Positions 12,613 through 23,224 of a DNA stretch of 64,000 bases are shown here, piece by piece. Every line of letters begins with the position of its first letter. The stretch's first letter is position 1. The notes under the pieces were generated by a model, which was not told the DNA's origin, ran no database searches, and worked only from the letters and a program-made list of their open reading frames with translations. The position numbers were made by a program, and so were the translations under genes. The stretch is from Alphaproteobacteria bacterium (GTDB taxonomy: Bacteria; Pseudomonadota; Alphaproteobacteria; MPNO01; UBA830): NCBI GenBank assembly GCA_964291215.2, contig OZ219791.1, forward strand, positions 3,008,001 through 3,072,000, written 5' to 3'.

Positions 12613-13398
12613 ATGGAACGGGAAATAGACCAGTTCGAGGAGGAACCTGCACGGGAAACACAGGATCTTGTGCTTGAGCTCGACGGTTTCGAAGGTCCTA
12701 TAGACCTCCTGCTGACCCTGGCGCGCCAGCAGAAGGTCGATTTGGCCCGGATCTCGATCCTGGAACTCGTGGAACAGTATCTGGTCTTCATTGCCGCCGG
12801 CCGGACGCTGCGGCTGGAGATCGCGGCCGACTATCTGGTCATGGCAGCCTGGCTTACTTATCTCAAGTCCCGCCTTTTGCTGCCGGAGCCGGAGGCCGAG
12901 GAGGAAGCGACCGCGCCCGAACTCGCGGCAGCGCTGGCATTCCGGCTCAGGCGCCTGGATGCGATGCGCAATGCGGGCGCGACGCTGCTCGCCATGCCGC
13001 GTCTCGGGCGCGACGTGTTCGCGCGCGGCGCGCCCGAAGGAATGAAGGTCGCCCGCACGCCGGTCTACGAGATCACGCTGTTCGAACTGTTGAAGGCCTA
13101 TGGCGACAATCGCCGGCGCATCTCTGCCACCTCGAATCTCACCATAGAGGCGTCGAAGCTGTATTCGCTCGATGACGCGATCGAGCGTTTGTCAAGCCTC
13201 GTGGGCGGGGTCAGGGACTGGACGACGCTGTCTTCATTCCTTCCCGACGGGCTGATGAAAGGATTGCTGCTGCGTTCGGCGGTCGCGTCGACGTTTGCGG
13301 CAAGCCTCGAGTTCGCGCGCACCGGGGCGATCCGGGTGCGCCAGTCGCGTCCTTTTGGTCCCATAATGATTCGCGGCAAGGAGGCTGCAGATGCCTGA
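12613..13398 (+). CDS. scpA: Segregation and condensation protein A
   Basis: FEGPIDLLLTLAR, AADYLVMAAWL. Confidence 0.95.
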   Translation: MEREIDQFEEEPARETQDLVLELDGFEGPIDLLLTLARQQKVDLARISILELVEQYLVFIAAGRTLRLEIAADYLVMAAWLTYLKSRLLLPEPEAEEEATAPELAAALAFRLRRLDAMRNAGATLLAMPRLGRDVFARGAPEGMKVARTPVYEITLFELLKAYGDNRRRISATSNLTIEASKLYSLDDAIERLSSLVGGVRDWTTLSSFLPDGLMKGLLLRSAVASTFAASLEFARTGAIRVRQSRPFGPIMIRGKEAADA

Positions 13399-14185
13399 AA
13401 TCACACAGGAGATCCGTATCGCCGAAGCATTGCTGTTTGCGGCGGCGGAACCGCTGAGCGAGGAATTTCTCGCCGAACGCCTGCCCGAGGGTTGTGATGT
13501 GGCGCAGGTTCTCGAGGACATACAGGCCCTCTACGAAGGGCGGGGTGTAAATCTCGCGCGGGCTGCGGGCAAGTGGTTCCTGCGGACCGCGGAAGATCTG
13601 TCGTCGTATCTCTCGATCGAACGCAAGGTGCGCCGCAAACCGTCCAACGCCGCGGTCGAGACCCTGGCGATCATTGCCTACCACCAGCCGGTTACCCGGA
13701 GTGAGGTCGAAGAGATACGCGGTGTCTCGGTGGGCAGGGGATCGTTCGATGTCCTGCTGGAGGCGGGTTGGATCCGGCCTGTCGGTCGCCGCCGCACCCC
13801 GGGGAGACCGACCACTTGGGGCACCACTCCCGCCTTTCTCCAGGAACTCGGCCTCGATTCGATTGCCGACCTGCCCGGTGTCGAGGAACTCAAGGCTGCG
13901 GGCCTGCTGGACACGCGCCCGGCAAGCGCGGTGATTTCCGGAGAGTCCGGGTTGGCACCTGAACCGCTGACAAGCAACGGCTCTGCGAACGATGCGGGCG
14001 CCGAGCATGCGGGGTTGGCTGGCGGCGGCAACGGATTCGCCGGCGAGGGCGAACGCGACGGCAGCTCGGACGATTACGTCTCTGAAGACGGTACCGGGCT
14101 CCCGATCACCGGGATTGGCATCGAGCCGCCGCTCGAATTGCGGCCGCTTGCGGACGCGCCGGCCGACCCTGCGCCGGTCTCCTGA
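13391..14185 (+). CDS. scpB: Segregation and condensation protein B
   Basis: EALLFAA, ETLAIIAYHQPVTR, GRP..GTT..FL..GL; overlaps scpA. Confidence 0.95.
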   Translation: MPEITQEIRIAEALLFAAAEPLSEEFLAERLPEGCDVAQVLEDIQALYEGRGVNLARAAGKWFLRTAEDLSSYLSIERKVRRKPSNAAVETLAIIAYHQPVTRSEVEEIRGVSVGRGSFDVLLEAGWIRPVGRRRTPGRPTTWGTTPAFLQELGLDSIADLPGVEELKAAGLLDTRPASAVISGESGLAPEPLTSNGSANDAGAEHAGLAGGGNGFAGEGERDGSSDDYVSEDGTGLPITGIGIEPPLELRPLADAPADPAPVS

Positions 14186-14232
14186 CGACGCAGTTTGCGG
14201 CCGCGGACTTCCCGCAATAGCCTGCGGTCGCA

Positions 14233-15318
14233 ATGACGGGTGATGGCGAAAACGGATCGTCGGGCCTCTCCGTTTCCGGGTTGAGGCACAGCTTCGGTTC
14301 TCGATGTGTGCTGGCCGATGTCGAACTGCACATCGAGCCGGGCGAGATCGTGTGTCTGCTCGGACCGTCGGGCTGCGGCAAGACGACAACGCTCCGCCTG
14401 ATCGCCGGACTCGAAACCCTTCAGGCCGGGCGCATCTCGTGGAATGGTGCCGTGCTCGCCGACGCCACGGGCGCGGTTCCGCCGGAGCAGCGTGGCGTCA
14501 GCCTTCTCTTCCAGGACTTCGCGCTCTTCCCCCATTTGACGGTGGCCCAGAATGTTGCATTCGGCCTTGTGGACATGGCCAAGAGCAAGCGCGACGAACG
14601 GATTCACGAGGTGCTCGAACAGGTCGGAATGCTGGACTATGCGGACACCTATCCGCACCGCCTGTCCGGAGGTGAACAGCAGCGCGTGGCGCTGGCCCGG
14701 GCCCGCGCGCCGCGCCCCCGGATCATTCTGCTGGACGAGCCGTTTTCCAATCTCGACACGCAGCGCCGCAACCAGCTTCGCGATCTCTGCCTTCACGTCC
14801 TCAAACGCAGCCAGTCGGCCTCGCTCGTGGTAACTCACAACGCCGAGGAAGCGATGTTCATGGCGGACAGGCTGGCCGTCATGCGCGACGGCGCGATCGT
14901 CCAAAGCGGATCGCCCGAGGAGATATATTTCAGGCCGTCAAGCATATTCGTCGCAGGCCTGTTCGGTGAGCTGAACGAGATCTCGGGACGAGTTGGCCAA
15001 GGTTGCGTCGAGACCCCGCTGGGTGCCGTCGAGGCCGGGCACATTGCGGATGGTACGGATGTGATCGTGCTTATCCGCCCGGAAGCAGTAGTGGTCATTG
15101 CGCCGGATGACGGTGCTGCTGTCGGCAGGGTGCTGGCGGCACGTTTGCTCGGACGCACCAGCCTGCTTCATCTTTCGGTGTCCGGCGATGGATCGCCGGA
15201 GCTGCATCTTCATGCGCGGGTTGCCGAACGCCGTCTCCCGCCCGAGGGATCGGTGGTGGGCTTGCGGTTGGACCGGCAGAGTGTCTTCGTGTTTCCGGCT
15301 GAAGAGGATCGCGCTTGA
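14233..15318 (+). CDS. ABC transporter ATP-binding protein (FbpC/PotA-like, TOBE C-terminus)
   Basis: GPSGCGKTT, LSGGEQQRVALAR, LLDEPF. Confidence 0.92.
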   Translation: MTGDGENGSSGLSVSGLRHSFGSRCVLADVELHIEPGEIVCLLGPSGCGKTTTLRLIAGLETLQAGRISWNGAVLADATGAVPPEQRGVSLLFQDFALFPHLTVAQNVAFGLVDMAKSKRDERIHEVLEQVGMLDYADTYPHRLSGGEQQRVALARARAPRPRIILLDEPFSNLDTQRRNQLRDLCLHVLKRSQSASLVVTHNAEEAMFMADRLAVMRDGAIVQSGSPEEIYFRPSSIFVAGLFGELNEISGRVGQGCVETPLGAVEAGHIADGTDVIVLIRPEAVVVIAPDDGAAVGRVLAARLLGRTSLLHLSVSGDGSPELHLHARVAERRLPPEGSVVGLRLDRQSVFVFPAEEDRA

Positions 15319-15531
15319 CGCCGGTTTTTCGCGTGTGCCATCCTGCCCAGGCCATCCGGGCCGATGCTAGGCAGGCGCGCTCGCCCGAGGCCGTCCCCAA
15401 AGGAACCCCGCTTTCGCATGGTCACGATCCCTCTTCGCGACGGGTAATGGCGGGCGGGTGAAATTGCAAGAGCGGTGTTTTTCTGCCATTGTCCGCCCCA
15501 TGATTCGTTGGAACGGTTCGGGAGCCCTCCG

Positions 15532-15768
15532 ATGGGAGCCTTTAGTATCTGGCACTGGCTGGTCATCCTGGTCGTCGTGGTCATCCTCTTCGGCGGCGGT
15601 GGCAAGCTGTCGCGGCTGATGGGTGATGCTGCGCGCGGCATCACCGCGTTCAGGAAGGGCCTGAAGGAAGAATCGCAGACGGCGAAGCCGGCGCCCGAAG
15701 CAATTGATGCGAAGAGTGACGAGATCGTTTCCGACAGCGTCAAGAAAGACGAGACCGCCAAAGGCTGA
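15532..15768 (+). CDS. tatA: Twin-arginine translocase TatA
   Basis: [28 protein letters not shown]. Confidence 0.95.
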   Translation: MGAFSIWHWLVILVVVVILFGGGGKLSRLMGDAARGITAFRKGLKEESQTAKPAPEAIDAKSDEIVSDSVKKDETAKG

Positions 15769-15808
15769 CAGACGGGCAGTGGCGTCGAGATGAAAGGAAG
15801 GCGCCGCC

Positions 15809-16312
15809 ATGTTGGACATCGGCGGTTGGGAATTCCTCCTGGTTGTCGTGCTTGGAATAATCGTGATCGGGCCGAAGGATCTTCCCGGCGCGATCCGGAC
15901 GGTCATGGCGTTCGTGCGCAAGGCGCGCGAGATGGCGCGTGAGTTCCAGTCCGGCCTCGAGGAAATCGCGCACGATACCGAACTGCAGAAGATCGCGGAG
16001 GAGGTCACGGGCGGCGTTTCCCCGAATGCCATTGGCGAGGAGTTGCGCCGGGATCTGGAACACACGATCGATCCCGACGGCGAAATGCGCGACTCCCTCG
16101 GCGACGGGCTGGATGAAGCCGAGCACGGACTTGAAGAGGCTATTCAGGCCGGTTACGACGGCGACCATGGGCTACCTGAAGCGGTGTCGGAAACCATGAC
16201 CGAAAGCAACGGAGCGTGTCCGGGCGATGCCGAGGACGAGATTGCGGCCGGGGACGACGCCCCCGCGGGCGGGGCTGGCGAAGCGCGTGACAAGGACGCG
16301 CCGGCGACATGA
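15809..16312 (+). CDS. tatB: Twin-arginine translocase TatB
   Basis: MLDIGGWEFLLVVVLGIIVIGPKDLP. Confidence 0.95.
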   Translation: MLDIGGWEFLLVVVLGIIVIGPKDLPGAIRTVMAFVRKAREMAREFQSGLEEIAHDTELQKIAEEVTGGVSPNAIGEELRRDLEHTIDPDGEMRDSLGDGLDEAEHGLEEAIQAGYDGDHGLPEAVSETMTESNGACPGDAEDEIAAGDDAPAGGAGEARDKDAPAT

Positions 16313-17130
16313 CCGACGAGGAGATTGACGACAAGCGAATGTCGCTTCTCGATCACCTGATCGAGTTGCGCACCCGCCTGATCTGGTCGTTTGCCGCCTT
16401 TATCGTTTTCTTCCTGGCGAGTTTCTTTTTTGCCCAGAACATCTATGACTTCTTTGTCCGTCCGCTGGCGACGGCGCTCGAAGGCCGGGAAGGCGCGCGT
16501 CTGATCTTCACGGCGCTCTACGAGCCGTTCCTGGCCCAGATCAAGGTTGCCTTCTATACGGCGCTGTTCGTGAGCTTTCCGATCGTTTCGATCCAGATGT
16601 GGATGTTCGTCGCGCCCGGCCTCTACCGCAAGGAAAAACGGGCCCTGCTTCCGTTTCTCGCCGCGACGCCGGTGCTGTTCTTTCTCGGCGGCGCGCTGGT
16701 GTATTTCTTCATCATGCCGCTGGCATGGGAATTCTTTCTGAATTTCCAGAGCGCCGGTTCCGAAGGTGCGCTTCCGGTCGAAGTCGAGCCCAAGGTCGAC
16801 CAGTACCTGTCGCTTGTCCTGCGGCTCATCTTCGCGTTCGGACTGGCGTTCGAACTGCCGGTCCTTCTCATCCTCCTTGCCCGCGTCGGCATTGTGACCG
16901 CCGACGGCCTGGCGGCAAAGCGGCGCTATGCGATCGTTGGCGTGTTCGTGCTGGCCGCCATCCTGACGCCGCCCGACGTTATCAGCCAGATCGGCCTCGC
17001 AGTTCCGATCATTCTTCTCTACGAGGTGTCGATTGTCGGTGCCCGAATGATCGAACGGCGGCGGGCGGCGGAATATGACGATCTTGACCTCGACGACACC
17101 GGCAGCGAGCCGGAGGCCGGCGCGGCGTAA
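16309..17130 (+). CDS. tatC: Twin-arginine translocase TatC
   Basis: [30 protein letters not shown]. Confidence 0.97.
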   Translation: MTDEEIDDKRMSLLDHLIELRTRLIWSFAAFIVFFLASFFFAQNIYDFFVRPLATALEGREGARLIFTALYEPFLAQIKVAFYTALFVSFPIVSIQMWMFVAPGLYRKEKRALLPFLAATPVLFFLGGALVYFFIMPLAWEFFLNFQSAGSEGALPVEVEPKVDQYLSLVLRLIFAFGLAFELPVLLILLARVGIVTADGLAAKRRYAIVGVFVLAAILTPPDVISQIGLAVPIILLYEVSIVGARMIERRRAAEYDDLDLDDTGSEPEAGAA

Positions 17131-17161
17131 TCGCGGCGCTTTCCAAGCGGAAACTCCCTTC

Positions 17162-18448
17162 ATGCAAGATATCAAGTGGATTCGTGAGAACGTTGACGCC
17201 CTCGATCACGGCCTGGCGCGCCGCGGCATTCCGCCGCACGCGGCGAGGATCGTCGGGCTTGATACCGAGAGCCGCCGCATGACGACCGAGTTGCAGGAGT
17301 TGCAGACCCGCCGCAACGCGAATTCGAAGAAGATCGGTGCCCTGAAGGCGAGGGGCGAGGACGCATCTTCCCTGATTCGGGACGTCGCGGCGATCAAGGA
17401 CCAGGCGGGAGATCTTGAGGATGGCCTGAAACGGGTTTCGGAAGATATAGCCGAAATCCTGGCAAGCCTCCCCAATCTTCCCGAACCCGAAGTTCCCGAC
17501 GGCGAGGACGAGGGCGACAACGTCACGTTGCGCGAATGGGGCGAGCGCCCGGTGTTCGATTTCGAGGTTCGCGACCATGTCGAGCTCGGCGAAGGGGCGG
17601 GCCTTCTGGACATGGAGCATGCCGCCAGGATGTCGGGAGCGCGCTTTGCCGTGATGCGCGGGCCGCTCGCGCGCCTCGAACGGGCATTGGCGTCGTTTAT
17701 GCTCGATCTTCATACCGAAGAGTTCGGTTATACCGAGATAAGCCCGCCGCTGCTGGTCAGGGACGGCGCCGTTTTCGGCACCGGGCAGTTGCCGAAATTT
17801 GCGGAGGATCTGTTTCGAACCGGCACCGAGCACTGGCTCGTACCCACGGCCGAGGTGCCGCTGACCAATCTTGTGGCAGGCGATATCCTCTCCGAGGAAG
17901 AACTGCCGCTCCGTTTCACCGCACACACGCCGTGTTTTCGCTCGGAAGCCGGAGCGGCCGGCCGCGACACGCGCGGCATGATGCGCCAGCACCAGTTCTA
18001 CAAGGTCGAGCTCGTCAGCGTTTGCCATCCTGATTCGTCGGTGGACGAGCACGAGCGCATGACGGGCTGTGCGGAGGAAGTCCTGCGGCGGCTCCAGCTC
18101 CCCTATCGTGTGGTCAGCCTGTCGACGGGGGACCTCGGCTTCTCGGCCAGGAAGACATACGATCTCGAAGTCTGGATTCCCGGACAGGACCGCTACCGCG
18201 AGATCTCGAGCTGTTCGAACTGCGGCGATTTTCAGGCGCGGCGCATGGGCGCGCGCTATCGTCCGTCGGGCGGCAGGAGAACGGAATTCGTGCACACACT
18301 CAACGGCTCGGGACTCGCCGTCGGCCGCGCCGTGATCGCCGTGCTGGAAAACTACCAGCGCTCCGACGGCGCCGTCACCGTTCCCGATGTGCTCAGGCCC
18401 TACATGGGCGGCACCAAGATCATTCCCGCCGGAGACGCGGGGACATGA
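17162..18448 (+). CDS. serS: Serine--tRNA ligase
   Basis: [49 protein letters not shown]. Confidence 0.97.
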   Translation: MQDIKWIRENVDALDHGLARRGIPPHAARIVGLDTESRRMTTELQELQTRRNANSKKIGALKARGEDASSLIRDVAAIKDQAGDLEDGLKRVSEDIAEILASLPNLPEPEVPDGEDEGDNVTLREWGERPVFDFEVRDHVELGEGAGLLDMEHAARMSGARFAVMRGPLARLERALASFMLDLHTEEFGYTEISPPLLVRDGAVFGTGQLPKFAEDLFRTGTEHWLVPTAEVPLTNLVAGDILSEEELPLRFTAHTPCFRSEAGAAGRDTRGMMRQHQFYKVELVSVCHPDSSVDEHERMTGCAEEVLRRLQLPYRVVSLSTGDLGFSARKTYDLEVWIPGQDRYREISSCSNCGDFQARRMGARYRPSGGRRTEFVHTLNGSGLAVGRAVIAVLENYQRSDGAVTVPDVLRPYMGGTKIIPAGDAGT

Positions 18449-18629
18449 CGGTTGCCGGGCATTCGGTCCGCGAACTGCTGCCGCCGTTTCCGGAAGCGGG
18501 CAGTGCGCAGGAACTGCCTGCCGTGCGGCACCGACCGGACGACCGGCACAAGCGGAGCGCTGCTGCCCGGGCTGCTGCGCCGTTACCTGTCGCCGGTTCC
18601 GGGCTCGCCACTTTTCGGGCCAGCGATTC

Positions 18630-19271
18630 TTGACGACGACCGAGAACAGGCGCATGCGGCTGATCATGGAGCTGCGCGGCGACGGTATTTCCGACCGGCG
18701 GGTGCTTGCTGCCATCGAGCGCGTCCCGCGCGAGGAGTTCGTGCCCGACCTCTTCCAGAAGGACGCCTACGATAATCGGGCGCTCCCGATCGGTAACGGC
18801 CAGACGATAAGCCAGCCTTCCGTCGTCGCCTTCATGACTCAGGCGCTGAAGCTCGACACGCGTATGCGGGTTCTGGAAATCGGGACTGGATCCGGATATC
18901 AGGCCGCGGTGCTGGCCAGGCTTTGTGCCCGTGTTTACACCGTGGAGCGCCATCGGGATCTGCTGCGCGAAGCACAGCAGATATTCGAACAACAGCGGAT
19001 CGGCAACATCACGACGCGTTTCGGCGACGGCATGAAGGGCTGGCCCGAACAGGCGCCTTTCGACCGCATCCTCGTCACCGCGGCAGCCGACGGTGTCGTG
19101 CCGGCTGCCTTGTTCGAGCAATTGCGCCCGGACGGGATCTTGGTCGCCCCGGTCGGGAACGCGTTCGGAACCCAGCACATCTTCAGATACAGCATCGATG
19201 CGGACGGCGAGCTGATCGAAGAGCGGTTGTGGCCGGTAAGGTTCGTGCCGTTGGTCATAGGCAAATCCTGA
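18630..19271 (+). CDS. pcm: Protein-L-isoaspartate O-methyltransferase
   Basis: QTISQP, VLEIGTGSGYQAA, PFDRILVTAA, VRFVPL. Start is TTG 18630 or ATG 18654. Confidence 0.93.
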   Translation: MTTTENRRMRLIMELRGDGISDRRVLAAIERVPREEFVPDLFQKDAYDNRALPIGNGQTISQPSVVAFMTQALKLDTRMRVLEIGTGSGYQAAVLARLCARVYTVERHRDLLREAQQIFEQQRIGNITTRFGDGMKGWPEQAPFDRILVTAAADGVVPAALFEQLRPDGILVAPVGNAFGTQHIFRYSIDADGELIEERLWPVRFVPLVIGKS

Positions 19272-19486
19272 CCGGCGGCTTGCCGGCAGTCTGGCCTGCA
19301 CTGGTTCAGGCAATCGTCCGCCGGGGCGGCTCGGAGCGAGTTTTCCTGCCGGTCCCGCTTGATTGTTTTCTTCGGCCACGATTTCAGAGATAGCAGGAAA
19401 TCGGTCGGGTGAAGCCGCCGGTTTCAGGATTCGACACCGGGGCAGGGTTGGCTAAAGTCTTCCCCGTTTACAGAGGAGACAGAGGC

Positions 19487-20485
19487 ATGAACCGTTTCAG
19501 GATCCTCTCCGTGCTGGCTGCAGCGAGTGTAGCTCTCAGTCAGCCAGGTGCATCTGTGCATGCCGAGCAACAGGTGCCGCAGAAAGTGTTTTCCTCGATC
19601 GTGCAGATCAGCGCGACGGTTCCGGCGGAGGCGCGCACCGCGCAGACGCTTGGAACCGAGCGTGGCGGCAGCGGCGTCGTCATCGACGATGAAGGGCTGG
19701 TCGTGACCATCGGCTACCTGATCCTCGAGGCCGAATCGGTAATGGTTACCACCGAGCGTGGCGCTGTTCCGGCCAATGTCGTCGCGTATGACCATGATTC
19801 GGGGTTCGGCCTGGTCCGGACGGTGCGCCCACCCGGCGTGCCCCGGATGGAACTCGGTCTCTCGCGGCATTTGCGGGTGGGAAAGCATGCGCTCGTATCC
19901 GGATTTGGAGGCAGGAACCGGGTAATGCCGGCGGCTGTCGTCGATCGCAGGGATTTTCCGGGTTACTGGGAATATCTGCTTGAAGATGCAATCTTTACCT
20001 CGCCCCTCTATCCCCAGTTTGGTGGCGCAGCGCTGATAGACGAAAAGGCGCAGCTTGTCGGAATCGGATCCCTGATGGTGCCCAACGCGGCGACGCGTGG
20101 TGACAGCATGGTCCCCGGCAACATGTTCGTTCCGATCGATGCGCTGACAGCGGTGCTCGGCGACCTCATCTCGCGGGGCCGGTCCAGCCGCAACAACCGG
20201 CCTTGGCTGGGCGTCTACTCCGAGGTTCTGCGCGGACGGCTGTTTGTCGCGCGTGTTGTTCGGAGCGGGCCGGCCTGGCTGGCGGGGGTCCGCCCGGGCG
20301 ACATGGTCCTGGGGGTAGGTGACAGCCCGGTCAGCGGTCTCGCGGATTTCTACCGCAAGGTCTGGGCCTACGGAGATCCCGGAGTGGAGGTTCCGCTCCA
20401 GTTGCTACAGGGCAATACGCCGCGTCGGATAATGATTCGGTCGAGGGATCGCTACGACTGGCTGAGGCTCAGCCCCAGCTACTGA
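19487..20485 (+). CDS. Exported S1C/HtrA-fold protein with PDZ domain, degenerate catalytic triad
   Basis: Signal peptide; GSGVVID then TIGYL (no His) and QFGGAAL (no GNSGG Ser); PWLG..GPA..AGVRPGD PDZ. Confidence 0.8.
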   Translation: MNRFRILSVLAAASVALSQPGASVHAEQQVPQKVFSSIVQISATVPAEARTAQTLGTERGGSGVVIDDEGLVVTIGYLILEAESVMVTTERGAVPANVVAYDHDSGFGLVRTVRPPGVPRMELGLSRHLRVGKHALVSGFGGRNRVMPAAVVDRRDFPGYWEYLLEDAIFTSPLYPQFGGAALIDEKAQLVGIGSLMVPNAATRGDSMVPGNMFVPIDALTAVLGDLISRGRSSRNNRPWLGVYSEVLRGRLFVARVVRSGPAWLAGVRPGDMVLGVGDSPVSGLADFYRKVWAYGDPGVEVPLQLLQGNTPRRIMIRSRDRYDWLRLSPSY

Positions 20486-20725
20486 CTGTCCTCCGCGGCC
20501 GCAACCTGCTGGCCGCGGACCCCGTTCGGGCTCCGTCGGGAAAGGGGAGATGACTGTCGGCAGGATCACGGATATGGTGCGTACACAAGGTGAAAAATCG
20601 CGCGAAACCGTCTGCCTGGCGGGCGTTGCAACCGACTTGCTTGGCCGGGACGAACGTGCATCGCTGTCGCGCCAATGCCGTTGCGGATATTGATAAGTCC
20701 GGTGAACGCTCGTGGGGAATTTTCC

Positions 20726-22006
20726 GTGCTCCGGCTGTTGAACGGCTGGAAGCGCGCTGCGATCGGCCTTGCGTTGGCAGCCATGCTTGCCGCCTGCTCC
20801 TCCGGTCCCGCTCCGCTGGTGCAGGGCGGGGAGGGCGGTACGGTCGCCGTGCGGCCCGGCGATTCACTCTACAAGATAGCCCGGCGCCACAATGTGAGCT
20901 TGCGCGCGCTGATCGATGTCAACCGGGCGCTACCCCCCTATGTGATACATCCCGGCCAGACCTTGCGCCTGCCGTCGAGGTTAGTGTCCCGCGCCGCCTC
21001 GGCTGGCGGCCCGCGCCGCAGTAGTGGCCGCGCTCCCGCGATCGTCGCCGGGCGCAGGAGTGCCGGCAAGGGGAGTGCTGACAACGCCAGGAAGGCGGCG
21101 CAACCTGCCGCGATCGTCGCCGGGCGCAGGAGTGCCGGCAAGGGGAGTGCTGACAACGCCAGGAAGGCGGCTCAACCTGCCGCGATCGTCGCCGGGCGCA
21201 GGAGTGCCGGCAAGGGGAGTGCTGACAACGCCAGGAAAGCGGCGCAACCTGGCGCGAAGAGCGCGCGGGCGGACAGCGGGGACGCGAAAGCAAAGGGCCG
21301 CCGTGACGGCCAGGCCGGGCGGACCGTGGCGGTCGTGCCCCGGGCCAAGCCCAAAGCGCCATCACCCGGCGCCGGCGGCATTCGCTTCATCTGGCCGCTG
21401 AGAGGTACCGTGATCTCGCGCTACGGCCCCATCGGGAAAGGCCTCTATAACGACGGCATCAACATTGCGGCGCCGCGTGGAACCGCCGTGCGGGCGGCTG
21501 GCGGCGGTGTCGTTGCCTACGCAGGCAACGAAATCCGCGGTTTCGGAAATCTCATTCTCATACGCCATGCCAGAGGCTGGGTTTCGGCCTACGCGCATAA
21601 CGGCAAGATGCTGGTGGAGCAGGGGCAGAAGGTGCGCCAGGGCCAGGTGGTCTCCCGGGTCGGCGCCAGCGGCAACGTGAGCAGGCCGCAACTGCATTTC
21701 GAGCTCAGGCAGGGAAACAGGGCGGTCGATCCCGAACGCTATCTCAAAGTGCCGATCGCGGCGCTGCCGGGTGGGGGCGCATCATTCAAGCTTGGTTCCG
21801 GTCCGGCCGGCCAGGTACTGGACAAACTGCCATGCGACACGTCCCGAGCGAGCACCGCGGGTAACGGACCATTCGATCGCTTCCGCATGCAGGGTCGTGC
21901 GGTCGACCCGGATCCCGAAATGCTCCACATAGCGGTCGATGATCTCGAGGAAGATGTCCTGATTGCAGTGATGGAAACCGAGCCACAGACCGAAACGGTC
22001 GGATAG
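20726..22006 (+). CDS. nlpD: LysM/M23 lipoprotein (NlpD-like)
   Basis: Lipobox LAAC, LysM (VRPGDSLYKIA), M23 domain (NDGINI, YAH, LHFELR). GTG start inferred. Confidence 0.85.
   Translation: MLRLLNGWKRAAIGLALAAMLAACSSGPAPLVQGGEGGTVAVRPGDSLYKIARRHNVSLRALIDVNRALPPYVIHPGQTLRLPSRLVSRAASAGGPRRSSGRAPAIVAGRRSAGKGSADNARKAAQPAAIVAGRRSAGKGSADNARKAAQPAAIVAGRRSAGKGSADNARKAAQPGAKSARADSGDAKAKGRRDGQAGRTVAVVPRAKPKAPSPGAGGIRFIWPLRGTVISRYGPIGKGLYNDGINIAAPRGTAVRAAGGGVVAYAGNEIRGFGNLILIRHARGWVSAYAHNGKMLVEQGQKVRQGQVVSRVGASGNVSRPQLHFELRQGNRAVDPERYLKVPIAALPGGGASFKLGSGPAGQVLDKLPCDTSRASTAGNGPFDRFRMQGRAVDPDPEMLHIAVDDLEEDVLIAVMETEPQTETVG
21036..21251 (+). repeat. 3 x 72-bp in-frame tandem repeat in the nlpD linker
   Basis: Units at 21036, 21108 and 21180, nearly identical, encoding AIVAGRRSAGKGSADNARKAAQP(A). 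Confidence 0.97.
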
Positions 22007-22639
22007 CGAAACCTTCTCCTGGACCGCTTCCCCGGGATTGATTCCGGTCGAGCGCTCGTTCTCGATCATCTCGCGAGGCATGAGATGACGCCGATTCGAT
22101 GTCGCATAGAAGATGACGTTCCGGGGCCGGCCCTCGATGCCCCCTTCGAGCATGGCCTTCAGCGACTTATAGGTGGTGTCGTCGGCATCGAAGGAGAGAT
22201 CGTCGCAGAAGAGGATGAAATTCTGCGGCCGGCACCGCAACAGAGCCAGAAGGTCGGGCAGGGACGGCAGATCCTCGCGGTGAATCTCGACGAGCGCCAG
22301 CGTACCGTCGACATCCCGGGCGACTGCCGCATGGACAGCCTTTACCAAGGAGCTCTTGCCCATGCCCCGGGCGCCCCAGAGGAGGGCGTTGTTGGCGGGC
22401 AGGCCGGCAGCGAACCAGCGTGTGTTCTCAAGTAATGAGTTCCGCATCCTGTCTATCCCGACGAGGAGGTTGATGTCGACCCGACTGACTTGCTGGACGG
22501 GAAGCAGCCGGCCGCCGTCGGCCCGCCATACAAATGCATCGCACATCTCGTCGAGCGGTTCGGAGTCCGCGGGCGGAGAGAGTCTGTCGAGGGCGTCGGC
22601 AATTCGCGTCAGCAATTGCCGTGCGTTTTCGTCGGTCAT
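21782..22639 (-). CDS. DUF815 AAA-family ATP-binding protein
   Basis: WGARGMGKSSL, FCDDLSF, YATSNRRHL, SLSDRFG, RSGRVAWQ. Confidence 0.92.
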   Translation of the reverse strand: MTDENARQLLTRIADALDRLSPPADSEPLDEMCDAFVWRADGGRLLPVQQVSRVDINLLVGIDRMRNSLLENTRWFAAGLPANNALLWGARGMGKSSLVKAVHAAVARDVDGTLALVEIHREDLPSLPDLLALLRCRPQNFILFCDDLSFDADDTTYKSLKAMLEGGIEGRPRNVIFYATSNRRHLMPREMIENERSTGINPGEAVQEKVSLSDRFGLWLGFHHCNQDIFLEIIDRYVEHFGIRVDRTTLHAEAIEWSVTRGARSGRVAWQFVQYLAGRTGTKLE

Positions 22640-22765
22640 CGGAAGGACATCTGACGATAGGATCAGGATCGCACTGACGCTAACGGCGCACCGGAGCGGT
22701 TGCAAGCTGCAACGGCGCCGCTATATTCCGCGCAGTTCCTCTCACCTCCTGATGCGGAGAATCGC

Positions 22766-23179
22766 ATGTTGATTTCGCCAGCCTGGGCGCAGGACGGCGG
22801 CGGTTTTGGCGGCATGGAACAGCTGCTGCCGCTTGTCCTGATTTTTGTCGTCTTTTGGTTCCTGTTGATTCGCCCGCAACAGAAGAAGGCCAAAGCGCAC
22901 CGAGAGATGATCGGCAATCTGCGCCGTGGTGACCGGATCGTGACGAATGGTGGGCTGATCGGCACCATAACCCGCGTTCCCAACGATCGTGAACTGATCG
23001 TGCAGATTGCCGAGGACACGAAGGTTCGGATAATGCGCGGCATGATCGCGGAGAGCCTTTCTGGGGCTGAACAGGACGGAAAGGGGGCGGGGCGCCCGCC
23101 GGACGACTATGACGATGAGGAAGACGGCGGCAGCAATCGGAAGCAGGACAAGATTACCGACGAGTCGGCGCGTGGCTGA
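22766..23179 (+). CDS. yajC: Preprotein translocase subunit YajC
   Basis: FWFLLIRPQQKK, LRRGDRIVTNGG. Confidence 0.96.
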   Translation: MLISPAWAQDGGGFGGMEQLLPLVLIFVVFWFLLIRPQQKKAKAHREMIGNLRRGDRIVTNGGLIGTITRVPNDRELIVQIAEDTKVRIMRGMIAESLSGAEQDGKGAGRPPDDYDDEEDGGSNRKQDKITDESARG

Positions 23180-23224
23180 ACCTCCACCCCTTCGCCAACA
23201 AGGGTTGTCAGCGGATCGCGGTGC

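Noticed and set aside
14233-15318. ABC ATPase without permease as an anomaly
   Set aside because: An orphan ABC ATPase between scpB and tatA is a familiar alphaproteobacterial arrangement.
21036-21251. 72-bp repeats as a CRISPR array
   Set aside because: No unique spacers, in-frame within a gene, and no cas genes.
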